Part shown: piece by piece, positions 1-8,845 of the stretch
Numbering within the stretch: the first letter of the stretch is position 1
Layout of the letters: each line of letters starts with the position of its first letter
DNA from: Clostridia bacterium
GTDB taxonomy: Bacteria > Bacillota > Clostridia > Oscillospirales > CAG-272
Assembly: GCA_017536635.1 (NCBI GenBank)
Contig: JAFXHA010000060.1
Span: forward strand, 6,030-70,029
DNA length: 64,000 nucleotides
Direction: 5' to 3'
Notes under the pieces: generated by a model
Databases searched by the model: none
Told to the model about the DNA's origin: nothing
The model's input: the letters and a program-made list of their open reading frames with translations, nothing else
Program-made: the position numbers and the translations under genes

Positions 1-1559
1 AGCATCTGCGAAACCGCTTCCTTTTGCTCGTACATTGCCGCCTTGAGCTTTTCAAATATTATGCGCTCGTGCGCCGCATGCTTATCTATAAGGAGCATTT
101 TATCTCCCTTTTCGACAATGATATAAGAGTTGAACGCCTCGCCGATAATACGGTAGCTGAGCGTCTTAGGCTCGTCCGAGGATATTTCGGGGATCGGCTT
201 GACCTCAGGCACCGGCGTTGGCGCAGGTACGGGCGAAGGTGTAGATTTCTCGGATATGGGCGCAGGCTTGGGTGCTTCCTGCGGTATTTTCGGCTCACTC
301 TTTTTCGGCGTGTCTCCAAGATACTGGCTTACGTAATCCGCGGCACTTATATGCACGAATTTCTCGCCCTTTTTATCATCGGGGCGCGAAACTATATTCT
401 CAGGTCTCGGCGCCTTGACAAAAAGCTCGCTTTCAAGCTGACGCGACCTGAGAGATTCCTCTCTGCCATCCTTGACAGGCACCGTCATATCCGACACTCT
501 CGGCTTTTTGGGCGTTGGTATCATCGTCTCTGAATCAACTTTCGCGCCGAGCTTTATATCGGGGCGCGCGGTAGAGCTCTCAAGCGCGTTTCGGACAGCA
601 TAGTATACCGCCTCGAACACAGGCTTTTCATTTGAGAACTTGACCTCAAGCTTTGCAGGATGAACGTTTACGTCGACCGTTGCGGGATTTATATCTATAA
701 AGAGTATGCAGCAAGGGAATTTCTCGCTCGGTATGTACGAGGTGTATGCCTGCTCGATCGCCGCCATAGCGGTCTTTGAGCGCACGTATCTGCCGTTTAT
801 AAAGAAATTCTGATAATTTCTGTTGGCGCGCACGTTATCAGAGCGTCCGATATATCCCTTGACCGAGATACCGTCTATGCTTATCGAGGTCTCGATTATC
901 TTTGATGCAAAATCTCTGCCGAAGATCGAATATATAGTATTTTTAAGATTGCCGTCTCCGACCGTCTCAAGCTTGACGTTCTCGTCGGATATAAGCTTGA
1001 AGGCAATATGCGGCTTGGAGAGTGCTATTTTCTCCACCACGGCGTTTATTGCCATAGCCTCGGTGATATCCTTCTTGAGAAATTTTCTTCTTGCGGGCAC
1101 GTTGGCAAACAGATTTTCAACTATTACAGTAGTTCCGTCAGCACACGCCCTCTCTCTTACCGCGAGTATATTTCCCGCGTGAGCCTCAAGTATAGCTCCG
1201 TTTTCGGCATGAGCCGGCTTTGAGATGATCCTCATATCCGACACCGACGCGATAGCCGCGAGAGCTTCTCCACGGAAGCCGAGAGTAATTATTCCCTCGA
1301 GATCCTCCGCATTCTTTATCTTACTCGTAGCGTGTCGGCGAATAGCTATCGGCAGGTCGTCCGGCTCCATTCCGCAGCCGTTATCCGATACTCGCATATA
1401 AGTTACTCCACCGTTTTTTATCTCAACGGTTATTCTGGTTGCTCCCGAATCTATTGCATTTTCAAGTAATTCCTTTATTACCGACGAGGGTCTGTCGACC
1501 ACCTCGCCTGCGGCTATAAGATTGGCTACCGCAAAGGAAAGCACGTTTATCTTTCCCAC
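1..1559 (-). CDS. mutL: DNA mismatch repair protein MutL (5' part; 3' end lies beyond the window start)
   Basis: Manual minus-strand translation from GTG at 1559 gives MGKINVLSFAVANLIAAGEVVDRPSSVIKELLENAIDSGA (MutL GHKL ATPase N-terminus). SD AGGAGA lies upstream. It sits directly downstream of mutS. The frame stays open to the window edge, so it is absent from the ORF track. Confidence 0.9.
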   Translation of the reverse strand, partial: MGKINVLSFAVANLIAAGEVVDRPSSVIKELLENAIDSGATRITVEIKNGGVTYMRVSDNGCGMEPDDLPIAIRRHATSKIKNAEDLEGIITLGFRGEALAAIASVSDMRIISKPAHAENGAILEAHAGNILAVRERACADGTTVIVENLFANVPARRKFLKKDITEAMAINAVVEKIALSKPHIAFKLISDENVKLETVGDGNLKNTIYSIFGRDFASKIIETSISIDGISVKGYIGRSDNVRANRNYQNFFINGRYVRSKTAMAAIEQAYTSYIPSEKFPCCILFIDINPATVDVNVHPAKLEVKFSNEKPVFEAVYYAVRNALESSTARPDIKLGAKVDSETMIPTPKKPRVSDMTVPVKDGREESLRSRQLESELFVKAPRPENIVSRPDDKKGEKFVHISAADYVSQYLGDTPKKSEPKIPQEAPKPAPISEKSTPSPVPAPTPVPEVKPIPEISSDEPKTLSYRIIGEAFNSYIIVEKGDKMLLIDKHAAHERIIFEKLKAAMYEQKEAVSQM

Positions 1560-1598
1560 CGATTTCTCCTTTCCGCGCATACGCGCTGTTGTTTTAAA

Positions 1599-4187
1599 TT
1601 ATCTTAATCTTTTCTTCAGATCGAACAAGAAGCTCATAGCCTCGTAAGGCGACAGAGTGTTTATATCAACAGCCTTCAGCTCCTCGATGATCTGATCGTT
1701 TACGCAATCGTCAAAGGTGATGAGTGAATCGTCGACCTCTTTCTTCTCGACCTGCGATTCGCTGAGCGCCTTAGCCGTGCGCTCTACCGAGCCCAGAACC
1801 TCTTTTGCGCGCTTGATGACCTCGTTAGGAAGTCCCGCGAGCTTTGCAACCTCGATTCCGTAGCTGTCGTCGGTCGAGCCCTTGATTATCTTTCGCAAAA
1901 AGGTTATAGAATCGCCGCGCTTTTTCGCTGCGATATTATAATTAACTATACCCTCGAACTCATCTTCCATTACGGTCAGCTCGTGATAGTGCGTTGCGAA
2001 AAGCGTTTTCGCTCCGATCTTGCGGCTATTGGTATATTCAATGATAGCACGCGCAATACTCATTCCGTCAAAGGTGGACGTTCCTCTGCCGACCTCATCG
2101 TATATGATAAGGCTTCGCTTGGTCGCGTTACGCAGAATATAAGCGACCTCGTTCATTTCAAGCATAAAGGTAGACTGTCCCGACGCGAGATCGTCAGAAG
2201 CGCCGACACGCGTAAAGAGCTTATCTACGATTCCGATCCTTGCCTCGTTTGCGGGAACGAACGAGCCTATCTGTGCCATAAGCACTATGATAGCTACCTG
2301 TCTCATATAGGTGGATTTACCCGCCATATTTGGTCCTGTTATAAGCATAAGGCGATTGCGCGAGGTATCGAGCGTCGTGTCGTTGGGAACAAAATAAGTA
2401 TCTCTTACGAATTGCTCTACAACGGGGTGTCTGCCATCCTTTATCTCTATGATATCACTTTCGTCTATCTCAGGACGCACGTATTTATTCTTCTGCGCCA
2501 CGGTCGCAAGACTGTAATAAACGTCAAGCTTTGCAAGCAGAGCCGCTACCTTTTGAACACGCGCACTGTTCTCTGCTACGTAATTTCTTATCTCGCAGAA
2601 AAGCTCGTATTCAAGAGCTTGTAGCTTATCGCTTGCACCAAGTATAGTTGACTCAAGCTCCTTGAGCTCCTGCGTTATGTATCTCTCACAACCCGAGAGA
2701 GTCTGTTTTCTGATATATCTGTCGGGAACCTGATCTATAAAGGATTTGGTAACCTCTATGTAGTAACCGAACACCTTGTTGTACCCGATCTTAAGTCCCT
2801 TGATTCCCGTTTTTTCCTTTTCCTCGTCGGCAAGCTTGTCCTTCCAATCCTGTCCGTCGTTCATGACCGAGCGCAGATAATCCACGTCGGAGTTATATCC
2901 GTCGGCAATGATTCCGCCCTCTCTTACCGAGAAGGGTGGATTCTCACAGATGGCACTGTCTATCTTGTCGAAAATATCGTCAAGGGTCTCAAGCTCTGCA
3001 TTGACGCGAGAAAGCTCGTCCGACTTGCATTTTGAAATGTGCTCCTTTATTTCGGGAAGCACGGCTATCGTTGAGCGAACGGCGCGAAGATCCTTGCCGT
3101 TTGCAGTTCCGTACACTATCTTGGTAACGAGACGCTCCAGGTCAAGCACGCCCTCAAGAAGTATTCCTACCTCCTCGCGAAGCATATAATTTCCGTAAAA
3201 TTCCTCAACAGCGCCCTGACGTCTGACTATCTGTCCGACCGAGAGCAAGGGATGCTCTATCCATTGCTTGAGCAATCTCGCGCCTGCTGCACTTCTCGTT
3301 TTATCGAGCACGTTGAGAAGCGAGCCCTTTTTTTCCTTGTTTCGCATAGTTTCGGCAAGCTCAAGGTTACGGCGGGTATTGATATCCATTTCAAGATACT
3401 GACCGTCCGAGTAGATATTGAGGTCTCTTATATAAGAAATGTCGCTCTTTTGCGCCTCACAAACGTAAGCTATAAGCCCTCCGAGTGCACAAACGAGAGG
3501 CTTATTTTCAAGAGTACCCTCTTTGAGCCCTTCGCCGAACTGCATTTCCACCGCTTTTGCGGAGCTGTTGTATTCGAACTGCGACGGACGGTTATCGGTA
3601 AGCATTGCGCCAACGCGGTCGCTTATAAATTCCGCAACGGTTCCCAAACGCTTTGCGCTGAGATTGCAAACGACCTCGCGCGGCAGATAAGTGCCGAGCT
3701 CGTTGCACACCTTCGCCTCGATATTATCTCCGCAGAAGGACGTAGCAAATATCTGTGCAGTTGAAACGTCGGCAAAAGCTATTCCGCACTCAAACTCACC
3801 CATATAAATAGAGCAGAGATAATTATTTACTTTTTCCGAAAGCAGATCGGTCTCGATAAGCGTTCCGGGCGTTACGAGACGTATGACCTCTCGCTTAACT
3901 ATTCCCTTTGCGAGCGCGGGATCCTCGGTCTGCTCGCATATAGCGACCTTGTATCCCTTTTCGATAAGCTCTCCGATATACTTTTCCGAGCTGTGATACG
4001 GAACACCACACATCGGCGCGCGCTCTGCCTCACCGCAATCCCTTCCCGTAAGAGTAAGGTCGAGCTCTCTTGACGCTTTGATGGCGTCGTCAAAGAACAT
4101 CTCGTAAAAATCTCCGAGACGGTAAAAAAGAATATAATCCTTATACTGATTTTTTATCTCAAAATACTGCTCCATCATTGGAGTCAT
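1599..4187 (-). CDS. mutS: DNA mismatch repair protein MutS
   Basis: 862 aa. N-terminus is MTPMMEQYFEIKNQYKDYILFYRLGDFYEMFFDDA; Walker A is GPNMAGKSTYMRQ; length is typical. Confidence 0.97.
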   Translation of the reverse strand: MTPMMEQYFEIKNQYKDYILFYRLGDFYEMFFDDAIKASRELDLTLTGRDCGEAERAPMCGVPYHSSEKYIGELIEKGYKVAICEQTEDPALAKGIVKREVIRLVTPGTLIETDLLSEKVNNYLCSIYMGEFECGIAFADVSTAQIFATSFCGDNIEAKVCNELGTYLPREVVCNLSAKRLGTVAEFISDRVGAMLTDNRPSQFEYNSSAKAVEMQFGEGLKEGTLENKPLVCALGGLIAYVCEAQKSDISYIRDLNIYSDGQYLEMDINTRRNLELAETMRNKEKKGSLLNVLDKTRSAAGARLLKQWIEHPLLSVGQIVRRQGAVEEFYGNYMLREEVGILLEGVLDLERLVTKIVYGTANGKDLRAVRSTIAVLPEIKEHISKCKSDELSRVNAELETLDDIFDKIDSAICENPPFSVREGGIIADGYNSDVDYLRSVMNDGQDWKDKLADEEKEKTGIKGLKIGYNKVFGYYIEVTKSFIDQVPDRYIRKQTLSGCERYITQELKELESTILGASDKLQALEYELFCEIRNYVAENSARVQKVAALLAKLDVYYSLATVAQKNKYVRPEIDESDIIEIKDGRHPVVEQFVRDTYFVPNDTTLDTSRNRLMLITGPNMAGKSTYMRQVAIIVLMAQIGSFVPANEARIGIVDKLFTRVGASDDLASGQSTFMLEMNEVAYILRNATKRSLIIYDEVGRGTSTFDGMSIARAIIEYTNSRKIGAKTLFATHYHELTVMEDEFEGIVNYNIAAKKRGDSITFLRKIIKGSTDDSYGIEVAKLAGLPNEVIKRAKEVLGSVERTAKALSESQVEKKEVDDSLITFDDCVNDQIIEELKAVDINTLSPYEAMSFLFDLKKRLR

Positions 4188-4240
4188 AGTTTTTTCCTCC
4201 CCAGGCCCGTCCGACGAGCCCTTTCAAAAAGCGTTAATTA

Positions 4241-4633
4241 TCAGTGAGCGCATCCACCGCCGCAGGTCGAGCAATCGTGCGTGCAGGAAGAAGGCATCTC
4301 ACCCGTTATATTGTAGGTGATGGTATTGTTTACCGCGTTCATAAGCTCGTTGACCTCTGCCTGTACCTCGCTGAGCTCGATAAACTTGGGGTGGTTCATA
4401 ATAAACTGATAAAGCTCGTCTATTCTCTTCTGGATAAGGTCTATAAGAACGGTATCTCTCTCGTCCTTTACTATCTCGCCCTGAAGAGCCTTCTGCTGAA
4501 CCTCGTACTCAACAAGAGATTTCTGAAGCTCTGCATCCGAAACGTAGGCGTTCTTAGCCGCCTCAAGTCTTTCAAGTCTTTCGTCTGCTTTAAGTGCTTT
4601 GCCGAGCTCTGCGGCAAGTTCAAAAATATCCAT
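4241..4633 (-). CDS. ricA: YlbF/YmcA-family protein, RicA-like, with C-terminal Cys cluster
   Basis: Start chosen at the internal ATG 4633 (SD AAGGAGA; avoids overlap with miaB). The protein is helical and YlbF/YmcA-like, with tail SSCTHDCSTCGGGCAH. The order miaB-ymcA-(cotE)-mutS-mutL matches Bacillus. Confidence 0.75.
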   Translation of the reverse strand: MDIFELAAELGKALKADERLERLEAAKNAYVSDAELQKSLVEYEVQQKALQGEIVKDERDTVLIDLIQKRIDELYQFIMNHPKFIELSEVQAEVNELMNAVNNTITYNITGEMPSSCTHDCSTCGGGCAH

Positions 4634-4658
4634 TTTGTATCTCCTTAAATTTAAATAA

Positions 4659-6086
4659 TTATTTTTCAATTTTTCCGTAAAGCGCAAAGGTATCTCCGCG
4701 CTCTATTTTTATTTCCAAAAACTTACCCTCGCATTCGGGCGTAGCATCAAAAAATACGATTTTTGAGCCCTCGGTGCGTCCGCTGTATACCTTGTCGTTG
4801 TTTTTACTGAGTCCGTCGCAGAGCACACGCAGCGTCTTGCCCTCAAGCACCTTATTCGACGCGAGTGAGATGTCCGCCTGGACCTTAAGCAGCCTATCAA
4901 AGCGAGCGCTCTTGATATCATCGGGTATCTGCTCATCGCTCTCTGCCGCGGGAGTTCCCTTTCTCGGTGAATAAATGAACGAGAATATCATATCGAATTT
5001 TGCACGGCGAAGTGCATCGAGCGTTGCCTCAAAATCCTCCTCGGTCTCACCGGGAAATCCGACGATGATGTCCGACGTAATAGCCGCATCGGGCATTTTT
5101 TCGCGAATATAATCAACTATACCGATATATTTTTCAAAATCGTATCTACGGTTCATCGCACGGAGCACCGCATCGCTTCCCGACTGCATCGGCAAATGGA
5201 AATGACGAGCGATATGCTTTGATGACGCCATAACGTCGATGAGCTTTCTCGTTGCATCCTTCGGATGACTTGTCATAAAGTGTATGAAATAGTCGCCCTC
5301 TATCTTATCTATCTCGCAAAGCAGATCGGCAAAATCGTAATCCGCGCCGAAATCCTTGCCGTAGGAGTTTACGTTCTGACCGAGGAGCGTAATGTCCTTA
5401 TATCCGCTCTCGACAAGCTCGCGGACCTCTTTTATTATCTCGTCCTTATCTCTGCTTCGCTCTCTGCCGCGCACGTAAGGCACGATACAGTAGGAGCAGA
5501 AATTGTTACAGCCGTACATTACCGACACCCAAGCGCGATAATTGCTCTCGCGGCGCACCGGTATTCCCTCGGCTACAAGATATTCCTTTTCGTCGGGTAA
5601 AAATATTCTCTTTTTCTCAGACATTTTTTTAGCGACGAGCTCGGGAAACTTATGTATCGACGACGTTCCAAAAACGATATCGACGTAAGGATATCTGTGC
5701 TTTATCTCGTCGGAGCGGTGCTGCTGAGTTACCATACAGCCGCATATCGCGATTATAAGCTCGGGATTTCTCGCCTTTATATGCTTATACTGACCGACAA
5801 GAGACAACGCTCTTTTTTCGGCGTGCTCGCGTATCGCGCAGGTGTTTACGATTATAAGATACGCATCGTCGGGGCTTTCCGACTTCTCATATCCCATAGC
5901 CTCTGCCATTCCGGCAAGTCGCTCGCTGTCCGCCTCGTTCTGCTGGCAGCCGAGGGTAAGAACAAAGAATTTTTTGCGGAATTTATGAGTATCGAAAAAC
6001 ACCTCGTTGTCTGCCGCGATGCTATTCATATATTCTCTCTGCCTTAGTATTTCGGCAGAAGAAACTGTTTTGTTTTTTTCTGACAT
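4659..6086 (-). CDS. miaB: tRNA-2-methylthio-N6-dimethylallyladenosine synthase (radical SAM methylthiotransferase)
   Basis: 475 aa. UPF0004 domain LGCQQNEADSE, radical SAM CNNFCSYCIVP, C-terminal TRAM-like region. Confidence 0.93.
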   Translation of the reverse strand: MSEKNKTVSSAEILRQREYMNSIAADNEVFFDTHKFRKKFFVLTLGCQQNEADSERLAGMAEAMGYEKSESPDDAYLIIVNTCAIREHAEKRALSLVGQYKHIKARNPELIIAICGCMVTQQHRSDEIKHRYPYVDIVFGTSSIHKFPELVAKKMSEKKRIFLPDEKEYLVAEGIPVRRESNYRAWVSVMYGCNNFCSYCIVPYVRGRERSRDKDEIIKEVRELVESGYKDITLLGQNVNSYGKDFGADYDFADLLCEIDKIEGDYFIHFMTSHPKDATRKLIDVMASSKHIARHFHLPMQSGSDAVLRAMNRRYDFEKYIGIVDYIREKMPDAAITSDIIVGFPGETEEDFEATLDALRRAKFDMIFSFIYSPRKGTPAAESDEQIPDDIKSARFDRLLKVQADISLASNKVLEGKTLRVLCDGLSKNNDKVYSGRTEGSKIVFFDATPECEGKFLEIKIERGDTFALYGKIEK

Positions 6087-6144
6087 TTCAAATTACCTTT
6101 TTGACATAAAAATCGGTTTTGTGTACAAGTACTCTAATTATAAT

Positions 6145-6173
6145 ATTATAATATATTTTAAAGCTTTTGTCAA
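6145..6173 (-). promoter_or_regulatory. sigma-A-type promoter of miaB operon (TTGACA-17 nt-TATAAT)
   Basis: Minus strand reads TTGACA (6168-6173), a 17-nt spacer, then TATAAT (6145-6150), about 60 nt upstream of the miaB ATG. Confidence 0.7.
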
Positions 6174-6204
6174 GTTTAACGGTATTAAAATGCAATTTTT
6201 TTGA

Positions 6205-6236
6205 TGAAAATGAAACGCCCCGCGCGAAGCGGGGCG
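6205..6236 (-). terminator. intrinsic terminator after HTH-TPR regulator gene
   Basis: GC-rich 8-bp stem CGCCCCGC/GCGGGGCG (6216-6236) with a 5-nt loop, followed on the minus strand by TTTCATTTTC. Confidence 0.7.
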
Positions 6237-6240
6237 AGGA

Positions 6241-7410
6241 TTATTCAAAGCATTCTGCGTATTTGGGATTGTTTTTAATCTCATTAACAAAATTATCCGA
6301 AAACATTTTTAATTTATCTTTCCAAAAAGTTCCCATATCCACAGGAGCAAATTCTCCTTTTTCAAGAGGATTCAAGCCCGCAACCAATGGTGCAGTATAG
6401 CGGTAATTCCCCTCATTGTAAATACGGACAGATTCTTTGTAGTGAGAGAATGCTTTATCAAAATATTCAAGAGCTTTCTTTGCGCTACCATCATTGTTGA
6501 TTTCGTAAGAGGTTAAAAGTAAATATAAATTTCCTAATTCACCATGATATTTTCCAAATCTGCCGTCAATAAAGAGGGTTTCATATAAGTTGATGAATGA
6601 TAGCAAAAGCTTATTTCCATACCCGGAAACTTGCACAGACGGGCGTAATGAGATAGATTCTGTTATTGCAAAATGAAGGTTTCCCATGAGAGCTGTTAAA
6701 CGCTCTCCTTGATAGCGAACCTTTTCTTCGCCAATCGTTGCCAGTGGTAGCAAAACCTCTTTGCAAATAGTCAACGAGTTTTGTTTGCTCGCCAGCGCTT
6801 TAGCTTTTTCATATTCACCCATACAGCAATACAGTGACGTGAGCTGATGGATAGCTGATTCACGCTCCTCTGCCGATGGATTTAACTTCAACATTTTTTC
6901 ATAGGCACGAATAGCCTCCTGCCAATAAATATTTTGTGCATTATATTCTGTATCGTATTCAATGACACCTGATGAATCATTGGCTTTTCCTTGCGCTCCG
7001 TATTCGCTCCACCCCCACATCCAAAGAGCTCGCGCAAGTGTTAAGAGAATTGTCGGCTCATTTGGAAATTCCTCTGAAGCATCACGAAGCATATTGACAA
7101 CTTCCAAAAAGTCTTTTGACAAGCATCTTCGATGCATTGAATGCCCTTGCTTAAGAATAATTTCGGAAGCGGATGCAAGAACAGTTTTAATTTTCTCTTC
7201 CCTATCATCGTTATATCCGAATAGCTCATCAATCGAAACGTGAAAATAATTTGCGATAGCAGGAATCATTTCCATATCGGGATAACTACCGCTCGATTCC
7301 CAACGCGACACAGCCTGAGCGGTTACGCCGAGAGCCTCTGCGAGATTATCCTGTGTACGCCCGTCGCGTCGGCGAAGTTCTCTGATTTTATTGCCTAAAT
7401 TAAGTTGCAT
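6241..7410 (-). CDS. XRE-family HTH transcriptional regulator with long TPR-like helical C-terminal domain (RRNPP-like architecture)
   Basis: 389 aa. N-terminal HTH is LGNKIRELRRRDGRTQDNLAEALGVTAQAVSRWESSGSYPDMEMIPAIANYF; the remainder is helical-repeat-like. The gene is visibly more AT-rich than its neighbours and uses TTA codons. Confidence 0.85.
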   Translation of the reverse strand: MQLNLGNKIRELRRRDGRTQDNLAEALGVTAQAVSRWESSGSYPDMEMIPAIANYFHVSIDELFGYNDDREEKIKTVLASASEIILKQGHSMHRRCLSKDFLEVVNMLRDASEEFPNEPTILLTLARALWMWGWSEYGAQGKANDSSGVIEYDTEYNAQNIYWQEAIRAYEKMLKLNPSAEERESAIHQLTSLYCCMGEYEKAKALASKQNSLTICKEVLLPLATIGEEKVRYQGERLTALMGNLHFAITESISLRPSVQVSGYGNKLLLSFINLYETLFIDGRFGKYHGELGNLYLLLTSYEINNDGSAKKALEYFDKAFSHYKESVRIYNEGNYRYTAPLVAGLNPLEKGEFAPVDMGTFWKDKLKMFSDNFVNEIKNNPKYAECFE

Positions 7411-7474
7411 AAAAGCACCTCCAAAAAAATAGTTATCACCGGTGTAATTATATTATAGCATATATTTATGAAAA

Positions 7475-7495
7475 AACAATTATCAAATAGTTGTT
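7475..7495. promoter_or_regulatory. imperfect inverted repeat AACAATTAT-CAA-ATAGTTGTT, candidate operator upstream of the HTH-TPR gene
   Basis: 8 of 9 arm positions are complementary. It lies just upstream of a TATAAT-type -10 (minus strand, about 7453-7458) for the regulator gene. Confidence 0.4.
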
Positions 7496-7528
7496 TATAA
7501 CTCAATCAATGGTTGTTTTTGCATAAAA

Positions 7529-7561
7529 TAAAAAACCGAGCGACATTCGCTCGGTTTTTTA
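7529..7561 (-). terminator. bidirectional-looking intrinsic terminator after rpmA
   Basis: Stem ACCGAGCG/CGCTCGGT with a 5-nt loop, flanked by an A-run and a T-run, 12 nt downstream of the rpmA stop. Confidence 0.8.
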
Positions 7562-7572
7562 TTAGCTTCAAA

Positions 7573-7851
7573 TTAGTCAGCGTATACGCTAACCTGCTTC
7601 TTGCTCTTGGTCTTCTGCTCAAACTTAACCTTACCGTCGATGAGTGCGAAGAGCGTGTCATCCTTACCGATTCCAACATTGTTACCGGGATGGATAGACG
7701 TTCCTCTCTGTCTTACGATAATGTTACCAGCAACTACGGGCTGACCGTCGGACTTCTTTACGCCAAGTCTCTTGGACTCACTATCACGGCCGTTCTTCGT
7801 AGAACCAACACCCTTTTTATGAGCAAAGAACTGTAAACTGATTCTAAGCAT
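7573..7851 (-). CDS. rpmA: 50S ribosomal protein L27 with N-terminal propeptide
   Basis: 92 aa, MLRISLQFF|[23 protein letters not shown]. This is the Firmicute-type 9-aa extension ahead of the AHKKG core. Confidence 0.97.
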   Translation of the reverse strand: MLRISLQFFAHKKGVGSTKNGRDSESKRLGVKKSDGQPVVAGNIIVRQRGTSIHPGNNVGIGKDDTLFALIDGKVKFEQKTKSKKQVSVYAD

Positions 7852-7896
7852 CTTTCGTTCCTCCTAAGTAATGTAATTTGCACAATTGTTTGGAAA

Positions 7897-8256
7897 TCAA
7901 ACGTAATCTACGTCCTTGACTTCCACGTCAAGATAATCCCCATACTCCTCAAGCATATCGTTAAGCTGATAGAAGTAAGAAAGGAATATCCCCGAAACCG
8001 CGTATCTCTTACGCTCGTCATCCTCGAACTCGGCAAGTGCCGCCTTGGAGCGAACCATAATATTCACGGCTCCTTCGTCGATGGAATACTCGACATCAGA
8101 AGCATAAGCGACCTCTATGGTATTTATGATAAGCATTGTCATCGCCGAGAGCGCCGCGCAGAGAATGTCGTCCCCTGCCTCGCCGTAATCTGCGTGCCCC
8201 TGCTCCTCAAAGCCGTAGTAAGCTCCGCCACTTCTGAAAAAAACGATTTTCGTCAT
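7897..8256 (-). CDS. prp: ribosomal-processing cysteine protease Prp (YsxB family)
   Basis: 119 aa located between rplU and rpmA. It contains GHADYGEAGDDILCAALSAM (His/Cys dyad context). Confidence 0.88.
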   Translation of the reverse strand: MTKIVFFRSGGAYYGFEEQGHADYGEAGDDILCAALSAMTMLIINTIEVAYASDVEYSIDEGAVNIMVRSKAALAEFEDDERKRYAVSGIFLSYFYQLNDMLEEYGDYLDVEVKDVDYV

Positions 8257-8268
8257 CTTTGCCTCTGA

Positions 8269-8580
8269 TTAGCCAACGATAGACGTGATCTGTACCTTGG
8301 TGTAAGGCTGTCTGTGACCGATCTTCTTCTTCTCGTTTTTCTTTGCCTTGTACTTGATTACATAGATTTTCTTGCCCTTACCGTTAGCAAGAACGTTTGC
8401 AGTTACGGTTGCACCTTCAACCGTGGGTGTGCCAGCCTTGAAGCCTGCATCTGTGGATATTGCCTTAACGCGGTCAAATGTAACCGTGTCTCCCTCGTTA
8501 ACAGCGAGCTTCTCAACGTAAATGATATCGCCCTCGTTAACCTTGTACTGCTTTCCGCCTGTTTCTATTACTGCGTACAC
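8269..8580 (-). CDS. rplU: 50S ribosomal protein L21
   Basis: GTG start at 8580 gives (M)[17 protein letters not shown], the canonical L21 N-terminus. The longer track ORF (to 8652) adds a non-conserved extension. Confidence 0.93.
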   Translation of the reverse strand: MYAVIETGGKQYKVNEGDIIYVEKLAVNEGDTVTFDRVKAISTDAGFKAGTPTVEGATVTANVLANGKGKKIYVIKYKAKKNEKKKIGHRQPYTKVQITSIVG

Positions 8581-8698
8581 GAAAAGCACCTCTCTTTCTT
8601 TTAGTCTCGCTAATATGGGCGGCGTCAAAAAGGCGCACTTAAAAGAGCCCATCTCTTATGCGGCATATTATTATAACATTATTTTTCGGCATTGTCAA
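8581..8698 (-). promoter_or_regulatory. sigma-A promoter (TTGACA-17-TATAAT) plus ~80-nt 5' leader of rplU-prp-rpmA; candidate L21-leader-type RNA
   Basis: Minus strand has TTGACA at 8693-8698 and TATAAT at 8670-8675. The leader contains an ATGGGC...GCCCAT pairing. L21 leaders are known upstream of rplU in Firmicutes, but the fold was not verified here. Confidence 0.5.
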
Positions 8699-8845
8699 CA
8701 CATTTTTTAAATATTTTTCGTCTTTTTCAATAAATTTTTTCGCGGACAAGATATTTTTATTTTTAGCAAATAAAGTTTGTTTATTAATAGAATCTTAATA
8801 TTTTTAATATATAATGAATTTGTATTTTTGCGAAAGGAGAAGAGT

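Noticed and set aside
4634-4687. Longer start (4687) for the RicA-like gene, and similar upstream extensions for rplU (8652), rsmE (24062), DUF815 (25574), glgC (40110), hup (44006), relA (51857), cdaA (56852), the HAD hydrolase (63376) and the M16 genes
   Set aside because: The extensions overlap upstream genes or promoters and lack an SD. The internal starts chosen have clear SD sequences and canonical N-termini.
7468-7500. 10-codon ORF (MKKQLSNSCL) divergent from the HTH-TPR regulator, and an overlapping 9-codon minus-strand ORF (MQKQPLIEL), considered as a possible RRNPP signalling peptide
   Set aside because: Neither has an SD. They are far shorter than known propeptides (about 20-60 aa with an export signal). 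Both lie on the inverted repeat and promoter sequence, so they are most likely chance ORFs in AT-rich DNA.
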